Shown here: piece after piece, positions 56,764 through 64,000 of the stretch | Numbering within the stretch: position 1 is the stretch's first letter | Layout of the letters: every line of letters starts with the position of its first letter | NCBI GenBank assembly: GCA_964532425.1 | Contig: CAZHIA010000005.1 | Location: forward strand, 66,772-130,771 | From: an uncultured Candidatus Saccharibacteria bacterium | GTDB lineage: Bacteria; Patescibacteriota; Doudnabacteria; UBA920 | Direction of reading: 5' to 3' | DNA length: 64,000 nt | Position numbers and translations under genes: made by a program | Notes under the pieces: model-generated | Told to the model about the DNA's origin: nothing | Databases searched by the model: none | What the model saw: the letters and a program-made list of their open reading frames with translations, nothing else

Positions 56764-58845
56764 CTAGAATTTCTGCGACTGTCCTGGCTTCAACACGGTC
56801 CGCTGTATTGGCTTTTCCGAAGAGGGTTGCGGTGCGGGAACCGTGTCTTCCTGCCTGTCGTGAGGAGCTTCCGGGAGCGGCCGCAATACCGGCTGTTGAG
56901 ACTTGGCCGGTTCGCTCATAAGACTGTTGACCACTTGCGTCAGACGCTCGTGCTCTTGCTTCTTCTTTTCTTGATGCAGGTTTGCGACAGTACTCCAAAT
57001 AGGATTCGTATTCTTCTTCGGTTCGCTGCGGTGACGGTGTTCATTCAGCTGCCGTTCCCGGCGAGTACCCTGGCCATCACGGCCGTCTCGCGGGCCGCCA
57101 TGACGGTCATCGCGTCCAAATTTCCGCACATGTCCATGGTCATTTTTATGCAATGACTGGTGCGCTGGCTGCTGCCGTTCAGGCCTTGGTACCTGGAGTG
57201 CCACCGGTTGTTCCTGCCGGACCGCAGGTTTTGGGACGATCACCGGCTTTTCAGGAATAATCGGCTGCGGAGCCTGCTGGATTACCGGCTGCGGAAGCGG
57301 CACCTGTTCCACTTCCTGGGTCAAAACAAGCAGAGGTTCGGGCTTTTTTTCTTCTGGCCGGACCTCGTCTTGCCGGGCCTCCCTGAATGATGCTACGGTT
57401 GGATGCTTCTCTTGTACCGGTTCTTCCTGGTGCTGTTCTCGCTCTTCCGAGGCTTGAGCCTCTTCCGCCTGAATAGTCAGCATTCTACCGCTCGGCAATG
57501 ATTCTACCGGAGCGCCTGCCATCTCAGCTGCGGCTTCCTGGTGGAACTCCGATCCCATCCAGCGCGTGATCTTGTCTTCCACCTCCGCTACAGGATTAGC
57601 ATACCGTTCTCGCGAGACTTTGATGACTTTGTCCGTATTACCACTGAACCAATCGGGGCTGGGAGGAATCGTGGTTGCGGAAAACGGCTCACTCGCCACG
57701 CCATTGATCATGAGTTTCAATACCACATTGAATTTCGGCAGGTTCACCAAATCATTGGGAGTAAAGGTTGGTTCGAACTCCGTCTCAAGAAACTCGGCAT
57801 CCGCCGCCCCGATGCGGAATACCACCATGGTGCCGACGTTGCCGAAAATAGCATCGCGGACTTTGGTGTTCTTATCCTGCTCGAGCTGGGCGATATATTG
57901 GTGTCCCACAATGAGATTCAAACGGTATTTTCTCGCTTCAGACAAGATGGTGGCAAAGCTCTCGGTGGCAAAATTCTGGAACTCGTCTACATACAGATAG
58001 AAATCCTTGCGCTCATGTTCCGGAATATCGGTTCTCGACATGGCTGCCAGCTGCAGCTTGGTCACCACCATGGCTCCAAGCAGCGCCGAATTGTCCTCAC
58101 CGACCTTGCCTTTGGACAGGTCCATGATCAGAATTTTGCGATTATCCATAATGTCGCGCATGTCGATAGTGCTCTTCGGCTGGCCGACGATATTGCGAAT
58201 AATGGCGCTCGACAAAAACTGCCCGACCTTATTCTGAATCGGCGCCACAGCCTCGGTGCGGTACTTTTCTGCGTAATTGGCGAATTCGTCCACCCAAAAC
58301 GCGCGGACCATAGGATCTTTAATATTGTCCACGATCTTCTTGCGGTATTTCTTATCCGCGTACATGCGGGTGATTCCGAGCAGCGTATTCCCCGGGCTGT
58401 CGAGCAAGGCCAAAATGGTGTTGTTCAGAATGTATTCCATTCTTGCCGACCACAAATTCGCCCAAATTTTGGTGAATACGCCCATGAGACCCGAAGCAAC
58501 CAAATGTTTGTATTTCGTATCCACCGCTTCGAGAATATTAAATGCCAAGGGATGATCCATGTCAGCCGGATTGAAGTAGACCACATCATTGATGCGACTA
58601 TTCGGGACGCAGTCCAAAATGCGTTGGACAGAATCCCCGTGCGGGTCAAGAAACGCCACACCATGACCGTTCCGTATATCCTGAATAACCATGGTTTCCA
58701 TTGCGGTCGTCTTACCCATACCGGTTTTACCGATAAGATACATATGCCGCCGTCGGTCGTCTGTCTTTATACCAAAAGGCACTTCCTTATTCCGGAAGTT
58801 GGTGCGGGCAAAAATCGTGATTAGATTCTTATCGTCAGTGGCCAT
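56764..58845 (-). CDS. VirD4/TraD/TrwB-type coupling-protein-like ATPase with a roughly 270-aa disordered P/Q/E/R-rich C-terminal tail
   Basis: Walker A LIGKTGMGKTT followed by VAFLDPHGD (TrwB/TraD signature). Walker B FYLYVDEFQNF. Start at the ATG at 58845 (MATDDKN). The track start at 58923 lies inside a heptamer repeat block. Confidence 0.7.
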   Translation of the reverse strand: MATDDKNLITIFARTNFRNKEVPFGIKTDDRRRHMYLIGKTGMGKTTAMETMVIQDIRNGHGVAFLDPHGDSVQRILDCVPNSRINDVVYFNPADMDHPLAFNILEAVDTKYKHLVASGLMGVFTKIWANLWSARMEYILNNTILALLDSPGNTLLGITRMYADKKYRKKIVDNIKDPMVRAFWVDEFANYAEKYRTEAVAPIQNKVGQFLSSAIIRNIVGQPKSTIDMRDIMDNRKILIMDLSKGKVGEDNSALLGAMVVTKLQLAAMSRTDIPEHERKDFYLYVDEFQNFATESFATILSEARKYRLNLIVGHQYIAQLEQDKNTKVRDAIFGNVGTMVVFRIGAADAEFLETEFEPTFTPNDLVNLPKFNVVLKLMINGVASEPFSATTIPPSPDWFSGNTDKVIKVSRERYANPVAEVEDKITRWMGSEFHQEAAAEMAGAPVESLPSGRMLTIQAEEAQASEEREQHQEEPVQEKHPTVASFREARQDEVRPEEKKPEPLLVLTQEVEQVPLPQPVIQQAPQPIIPEKPVIVPKPAVRQEQPVALQVPRPERQQPAHQSLHKNDHGHVRKFGRDDRHGGPRDGRDGQGTRRERQLNEHRHRSEPKKNTNPIWSTVANLHQEKKKQEHERLTQVVNSLMSEPAKSQQPVLRPLPEAPHDRQEDTVPAPQPSSEKPIQRTVLKPGQSQKF

Positions 58846-58892
58846 GGATATAGTATACGATATGTAATTGCAGTTAGATAGTACAAACTCAC

Positions 58893-58955
58893 AACATTTG
58901 ACATTTGACTTTCTGCGACCCAAGTCAAAGGTTAATGGTCAAACGTCAAATGTTG
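58893..58955. repeat. Heptamer TTTGAC-family composite palindrome between the TM protein and the ATPase gene.
   Basis: acatttgacatttgact ... gtcaaaggttaatggtcaaacgtcaaatgtt. Confidence 0.6.
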
Positions 58956-58959
58956 CCTT

Positions 58960-60288
58960 CTAAAAGTCTTCCGATACCGGCAAATTAATCGGCGCTGAGG
59001 CTTTCTTGCTCTCAGTCCGTTCGATAGGCACCGCAGCTGCGGTCGTCGAAATCGGGAAATGGTACAATGTAGCCAATTCCTCAACATTCATGACGAACAT
59101 GGGATTGCCAATATGCACATCACGGTTCTTATAGCCTTTAAACATCATAACCTTGCGGCGTTTTTCTTCCCATTCGATATACGGTTTTTCCAGCGTCGGG
59201 GAAATATGATATTCAAGGCTGGTCCAGGTCAGCTTAGTATCCGGCTTGAACGTGTTGGTATTGGCAGAGCCCAAAGGCCGGTACGAGCCGATGACCACGG
59301 ACTTCTTAGACCCGTCATATTTGTCCTTAGGCGCAATATATAAGTGGCGGATCTTAGTCCTGTATCCCGGTTTGCCAATTTTTCGCTGAATGAGATTGAC
59401 GCGCTCCTTCTCCATGTCAGTCATGCTTTGCCAGTTGTTCTTGGGGCCTTTTTCATCATGGCCATGACCATGACCGCCTCCTAAAAGGGCATCCTTAAAG
59501 CTAAAGTTCGCAAATGCGTTAAGCGGTGCAAGGAAAAAGTCACTCCAAGAAGCCTCATGCGCCACCGCTTCGCCAATCAACTCCTTCACCTTTGACTCCC
59601 CTTTCGGCTGCCATTCATTATCGCCAAGCGGTTGTATGATGATTTGCACCCCGTAAAATTCATGCGGACCGATCTTGGACAGTGCCTCAAAATGCGAGGC
59701 AAGAGGATCGATAACCTTTTCTTCCGCTACCGGATGCTCAAAATCTTTATATGTTTTGATAGGTATTACGTCGTCGGCCAATAGCTTATATTCGCAGCCC
59801 CAAATGTCAAAACTGCTGGTTTCTGGATCATAATTGATATTCTCCATGTAATCTTCAACCTGGGTAATTTCCGCCGTCGGATATTGCGCATAAAATGCTG
59901 CCTCGACCAGGTCCCTGGTCTTTTTTGGGCACATGATTAAAAACGAGATCTTGCCGCCCATGCTGATGATCTCCAGGCTGTACCAAAGTTGGTCCTTGCC
60001 TTCCACATATTTTTGAGCGAATGTTATCCCGGTATGGAGCGCGTGCATCTGGGCGAAAATCGATTCTACCGCGAGTGTACTGACCAAATTTTCTTTCGGA
60101 ACTTTGATGTTCAAGAAAATCCATTCCTGGCTATGAATGAACTGGTGCTGAATCTCTCCCATATACAGCCAGAACAGGATCCGAACAGTTACGAGAACGA
60201 CCAAAACCCAGCCTCCATACAAGAAAAAAGAGGCTGTCGTTCTCAGCAGATCCCCAACATTTGGGAAAATTCCCTGGAAAATATCCAT
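58960..60288 (-). CDS. hypothetical membrane protein (442 aa, N-terminal TM)
   Basis: TM FFLYGGWVLVVLVTVRILFWLYM. Its end is 114 nt upstream of the coupling-ATPase-like gene, co-oriented. Confidence 0.55.
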   Translation of the reverse strand: MDIFQGIFPNVGDLLRTTASFFLYGGWVLVVLVTVRILFWLYMGEIQHQFIHSQEWIFLNIKVPKENLVSTLAVESIFAQMHALHTGITFAQKYVEGKDQLWYSLEIISMGGKISFLIMCPKKTRDLVEAAFYAQYPTAEITQVEDYMENINYDPETSSFDIWGCEYKLLADDVIPIKTYKDFEHPVAEEKVIDPLASHFEALSKIGPHEFYGVQIIIQPLGDNEWQPKGESKVKELIGEAVAHEASWSDFFLAPLNAFANFSFKDALLGGGHGHGHDEKGPKNNWQSMTDMEKERVNLIQRKIGKPGYRTKIRHLYIAPKDKYDGSKKSVVIGSYRPLGSANTNTFKPDTKLTWTSLEYHISPTLEKPYIEWEEKRRKVMMFKGYKNRDVHIGNPMFVMNVEELATLYHFPISTTAAAVPIERTESKKASAPINLPVSEDF

Positions 60289-60400
60289 TTATTGATTTTC
60301 GGTGTTTTAATTTCAGTTACAATCACAGATTCACAGATGGCACAGATAACGCCGATAATCGGTTATCATCTGCGCCATCAGCGTTCATTCCATCTGCGAT

Positions 60401-61483
60401 CTATGCCAGGGCGTACAAGTTCCGGCCGACTTTTTTGAAAAGCTTCTTATTGGAAAGGCCAACCAGAATGGTATTCTTTTTGACCATGCGGCGCTTCATG
60501 ACTTCTTCGATGATCTTTTCGCGAGGCATCGGCTCCTTAGCCGCTTTCAGCACATCGACAATAACGTCAGCCACAACGCCAGGTTTGAAACCCCATTCAG
60601 AAAGCGCATAAATGCCGCGGCCAATAAGAATAAAGCGGTTGTCCTTAATAAGCTCGTTATGAACGGTTTCCTTGTAAGCCGTGCGGTTGTCAAATTTCGC
60701 CTTGTTGATCATGTCGGTAATGGCGGAATAGTGTTCCGGCTTGCCATGATATTTCATGACCAAGTAGGCCTTATCACCGACGTCTTTAGGGCTAATCTCT
60801 TTCCATTCCCCAAGCCCCCAATGATCGAAGACGTTCTTTTCAATCTGTTCAGCCAAGTCGAGGTAATTCAAAATGACGCGGTCCGACAAATCTTGCTGGT
60901 TTTGCTTGTAGAAATCAGTCTCTTTAAATTTCTTTAAAAAGTCCTCGGAGTGCACTGGCTTGGCCGACTCTTTCAAAATGGTGTGGCTCGTAGCGGTAAA
61001 ATCACCAAGCAATTGCTTGTTGAACAGGACCGTGATCCAGGTCTTCTTGTAATTGGCATGCAAATAATCTTCCAGTTCTTCCATGAGATGGAGCAGGAAA
61101 ATGATGGCATTACGGTCTTCTTCGCTCTTAATGCCCATGTAGCGAAGCAAGGTCTCTTCCGCCATGATCTTGCCATGTTCGGTAATCGTGTCGAGAAGCA
61201 AATTCTTGGTTTCCAGATACGTCTGCTTGTCGAGATTGGATTTGCGCAGATGCTTGATGAGATCCTTCTCAATCTGCCGCACGCGTTCGCGCGTCAAATT
61301 CTGACTCTCGCCAATGGCAGCCAAAGTTTTAATCTCATTGCCGCCCAATCCGTACCGATGGGTCAGAATCTGGCGGTCCCGCTCTTTCAGGGACTTCAAA
61401 ATATCGTTCACAATCTCAGCTGGCTTGAATTGCTGAAGTGAATCGTGCTGTTTTGTATGGATGATTGTGTCCAAAATTCCCAT
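60401..61483 (-). CDS. sigma-70 region-4 domain-containing DNA-binding protein
   Basis: LKSLKERDRQILTHRYGL ... TLAAIGESQNLTRERVRQIEKDLIKHLR is a region 4 helix-turn-helix. There are no regions 2 or 3. Confidence 0.6.
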   Translation of the reverse strand: MGILDTIIHTKQHDSLQQFKPAEIVNDILKSLKERDRQILTHRYGLGGNEIKTLAAIGESQNLTRERVRQIEKDLIKHLRKSNLDKQTYLETKNLLLDTITEHGKIMAEETLLRYMGIKSEEDRNAIIFLLHLMEELEDYLHANYKKTWITVLFNKQLLGDFTATSHTILKESAKPVHSEDFLKKFKETDFYKQNQQDLSDRVILNYLDLAEQIEKNVFDHWGLGEWKEISPKDVGDKAYLVMKYHGKPEHYSAITDMINKAKFDNRTAYKETVHNELIKDNRFILIGRGIYALSEWGFKPGVVADVIVDVLKAAKEPMPREKIIEEVMKRRMVKKNTILVGLSNKKLFKKVGRNLYALA

Positions 61484-61552
61484 ATCAGTCGAATTAGGTT
61501 ATTTGCTCATTTTCCCCTTTATTTACAGGGTGTTTATTGAGTTCGCCTATAG

Positions 61553-61581
61553 TATAGCATATATAACTTTTTCTGTCAACT
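61553..61581 (-). promoter_or_regulatory. Candidate promoter TTGACA-17-TATACT for the region-4 protein gene.
   Basis: Minus strand: ttgacagaaaaagttatatatgctatact. Confidence 0.45.
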
Positions 61582-61631
61582 GACTATAGGTAAACCGTAG
61601 AATTTTTACCGACAAACGGCTCAAACAGAAT

Positions 61632-61670
61632 AAAAAACATCCCGTCCCGACCAGCAGTCAGAACGGGATG
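61632..61670 (-). terminator. rho-independent terminator after secF
   Basis: catcccgt-loop-acgggatg then tttttt on the minus strand. Confidence 0.6.
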
Positions 61671-61677
61671 CAAGAGG

Positions 61678-62571
61678 TTATGCGTTGCGCATTTTCCATT
61701 TTTGCCATAAGACCAAAACAGGGCTGGCGATAAATATGGAGGAATACGTTCCCACAATGATACCAACGAACAAAGCGAGTACGAAATAACGGATAGTCTC
61801 GCCGCCAAACAAGAGCAAAGCCAGCAAGACAAACAACACGGTCAAGCTCGTATTCAACGATCTGACGATCGTTTGCGCAATACTGTGGTTTACCACAAAG
61901 TCGATGCTCTGTCCGGCGTAGACCTTGAGGTTCTCGCGGATCCGGTCAAAGACCACGATCGTGTCATGTACCGAAAATCCCAAAACCGTCAGCATGGCGG
62001 TTACGAACAAGCTGTCGACTTCCACGCCCTTGAAATGTCCGAGCACGGAGAAGAAGCCGAGAACAAACAAAAGGTCGTGTAGCAAAGCAATAACTGCTGA
62101 CCAGCCGAAGCGCCAGGAAGTAACCGGCTTGGACACGCGTCGAAACGCATACCCAATATAGAATACGATACCGAGGGAGACCAAAACGAGCTGGTAAATC
62201 GCATGCTTTTTCAATTCTTGGCCGATAACCGGTCCTATCGTATCGAGCTGGATCTCTTTAAAACTGCCTACGCCAGTCTCGAGTGCTTTTAAAACCTCGT
62301 CATGCTTAGCCTTGTCCAGACTTTCGGTCTTAATGATGAGCTGGTTATTTTCCGCGGTTTGCAGCTGATAATTACCGAGCTTTTGGGTATTGAGCGCTTC
62401 ACGAACCTTCCCCATATCAAACGGCTGGTTAAACTGGAGAATATCCTGGGTACCGCCTTTGAAATCAATCCCCAAGCGCAGACCGTACATGGAAAGGGAT
62501 ACAATGCCGAACAGCAGGATTATGCCGGAAACCGTAAACCAAAATTTTGCGTATTTTAATGTGTTGAACAT
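61678..62571 (-). CDS. secF: protein translocase subunit SecF
   Basis: MFNTLKYAKFWFTVSGIILLFGIVSLSMYGLRLGIDFKGGT and the 6-TM SecF fold. Confidence 0.9.
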   Translation of the reverse strand: MFNTLKYAKFWFTVSGIILLFGIVSLSMYGLRLGIDFKGGTQDILQFNQPFDMGKVREALNTQKLGNYQLQTAENNQLIIKTESLDKAKHDEVLKALETGVGSFKEIQLDTIGPVIGQELKKHAIYQLVLVSLGIVFYIGYAFRRVSKPVTSWRFGWSAVIALLHDLLFVLGFFSVLGHFKGVEVDSLFVTAMLTVLGFSVHDTIVVFDRIRENLKVYAGQSIDFVVNHSIAQTIVRSLNTSLTVLFVLLALLLFGGETIRYFVLALFVGIIVGTYSSIFIASPVLVLWQKWKMRNA

Positions 62572-62621
62572 ATATATTTCTAAATCGCTGATTAATCGCT
62601 GATAAGCACGCTGACCAGCGC

Positions 62622-64000
62622 CTATTCAGCGGTGGTATTAAGTTCGGCATTCTTTCGGCGGCTTACCCCGAAGAGCCACGGATGAGTCATGATGTTATTA
62701 CCGAGGAACAAGCGGAGCAGCGTGCGGGTCACGGTAATGGCCGTAAACATGGAAATGAGAATACCGATTCCCAGCGTCAGGGCGAATCCTTTAATGGATG
62801 GCGTACCGAAGGCGTACAAGATCACCGTGGTGATCAAGCTTGAGACGTTAGAATCGCGAATGGACAGCCAAGCGCGGGCGAAACCGTCATCAACAGCTTT
62901 ATGAATATCCTTCCCAGCGCGAATTTCTTCTTTCAGGCGCTCGAATATCAGGATGTTCGCGTCCACGGCCATACCAATGGACAGGATAAATCCGGTAATA
63001 CCAGCCAGTGTCAACGTTACCGGCGATAGGCCTTTCAGGAAAATAAGCAGAACATAACTTAAAAGTGCCAGCAGACCAAACCAAGAATTGACCGTAAGGC
63101 CGAGGAAAAAGAACAGCCCAACGAGGACGATCGCGGTAAATGAAATCCCGATCTTAAACACTGCAAAAGATACCAGAGCGTACATGAGCAACGCTCCAAA
63201 AGCCAGCAAGCCCGGGAAGCGGTAGTATGCGATCATGAACAAGGCAATCAGCAGTATGCCGATAAATCCCGCAATCACGGATTTTTGAATGGATTCCTGG
63301 CCCAGGGATGCGCCGACCGTTTGCTGGGTAACAAGATGGATCGGTACTGGCAAGGCTCCCGAATTCAGGCGGGTGGCCAGGGCTTTTGCCTCATCGGTCG
63401 TAAAATTGCCGGTAATGATAGCCGTGCCATCAGTAATGGCATTCTGAACGACCGGGGCGCTGATGATCTGGCCATCGAGCACGATCGCTACCGGCTTGCC
63501 CACATTGGCAGTGGTGATATCGGAGAATAATTTGGTTCCTTCGCCATTAAACTGAAGCCTGACCACAACCTGATTGGAGATTCCCCTGCCCTGCTGAAAA
63601 TCGACAGTCGCTTTTTGCAGCTGCTTGCCGGAGAGGCCGGTTGGCGACCAGGCGTCGAGCGGATTAATCTGGTTCGGCGTGGAAGTCGAGCCCAATAGCG
63701 CTGCGGCATTCGGGTTTTCTACGCGAAATTCCAGATACGGTGTCTGCCCGATCTGGTCAATTGCCTGATTGATATCTTTAATGCCGGGAAGCTCGACTAT
63801 AATACGGTCGGTGCCGGAGACCTGAACCACTGGCTCGGAAACTCCGAAGCTGTTCACGCGGCGCTCGATTGTGTCACGGATGGCATTTAAGGCATCCTGG
63901 CGGTCGCCCTGCTTAATGTCTTTGAAATCAGCCTGGTAGACCAAGTGCGAGCCTCCTTGCAGGTCTAACCCCAAACGGGTCTTGAATTGCTGAGAATACG
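62622..64000 (-). CDS. secD: protein translocase subunit SecD. Partial: the N-terminus lies beyond the right edge.
   Basis: LGLDLQGGSHLVYQAD periplasmic domain start plus the C-terminal RND-like TM bundle. The frame is open to position 64000. The track M at 63974 is a TTG. Confidence 0.85.
   Translation of the reverse strand, partial: YSQQFKTRLGLDLQGGSHLVYQADFKDIKQGDRQDALNAIRDTIERRVNSFGVSEPVVQVSGTDRIIVELPGIKDINQAIDQIGQTPYLEFRVENPNAAALLGSTSTPNQINPLDAWSPTGLSGKQLQKATVDFQQGRGISNQVVVRLQFNGEGTKLFSDITTANVGKPVAIVLDGQIISAPVVQNAITDGTAIITGNFTTDEAKALATRLNSGALPVPIHLVTQQTVGASLGQESIQKSVIAGFIGILLIALFMIAYYRFPGLLAFGALLMYALVSFAVFKIGISFTAIVLVGLFFFLGLTVNSWFGLLALLSYVLLIFLKGLSPVTLTLAGITGFILSIGMAVDANILIFERLKEEIRAGKDIHKAVDDGFARAWLSIRDSNVSSLITTVILYAFGTPSIKGFALTLGIGILISMFTAITVTRTLLRLFLGNNIMTHPWLFGVSRRKNAELNTTAE

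Noticed and set aside
57541-58824. 427-aa plus-strand ORF
   Set aside because: Antisense to the VirD4/TrwB-like ATPase, which has clear Walker A and B motifs. Judged spurious.

Overview
This 64-kb window looks like a gene-dense bacterial chromosome segment using the standard genetic code. Most genes are on the minus strand. The gene content is typical of a small-genome, Patescibacteria/CPR-like organism. That assignment rests on content alone: type IV pilin, two large envelope proteins with GspG-like pseudopilin domains, a four-helix-bundle (4HB) protein, DUF4012, a short ATP synthase delta subunit, a head-only CCA enzyme and an orphan PheT tRNA-binding domain.

Recognisable housekeeping genes:
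- lysS (partial, runs off the left edge), greA, gyrB, pheS.
- A UvrD/PcrA-type helicase with a C-terminal PD-(D/E)xK nuclease domain.
- A class A PBP.
- tRNA-Asp, tRNA-Met, tRNA-fMet and tRNA-Thr.
- A complete F1Fo ATP synthase operon (atpZ-like, atpB, atpE, atpF, atpH, atpA, atpG, atpD, atpC).
- alr, lepA, queH, the CCA-adding enzyme, a NUDIX hydrolase, and hsp20 preceded by a CIRCE element.
- Cell-wall/division genes murJ, a DUF4012 protein, ftsW, murD, mraY and a dacA-like carboxypeptidase.
- trxA, and secF-secD (secD partial at the right edge).

Accessory-looking islands:
- PIN, 4HB, NYN, pilin and rmuC.
- A CoaB-like fusion protein translationally coupled to a SAM methyltransferase.
- An HD / unknown / HD / queH cluster.
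- A VirD4/TrwB-like ATPase with a long disordered tail, next to a membrane protein and a sigma-70 region-4 regulator.

The most unusual signal is not a gene cluster. Several families of short palindromic or oligonucleotide repeat elements fill nearly every intergenic spacer:
- A heptamer family nTTTGAC / GTCAAAn at 8 loci.
- A roughly 110-nt element with terminal inverted repeats, present in 2 copies.
- Spacer-specific composite palindromes in every intercistronic gap of the atp operon.

These elements are also inserted in frame into essential genes (gyrB, murD, lepA and the helicase). This resembles the Rickettsia palindromic element (RPE) phenomenon. The 4HB gene is exactly bracketed by two heptamer blocks. 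A 23-codon lysine-rich mini-ORF with its own Shine-Dalgarno and terminator was also found by eye. No CRISPR array, no reverse transcriptase and no IS transposase were seen.
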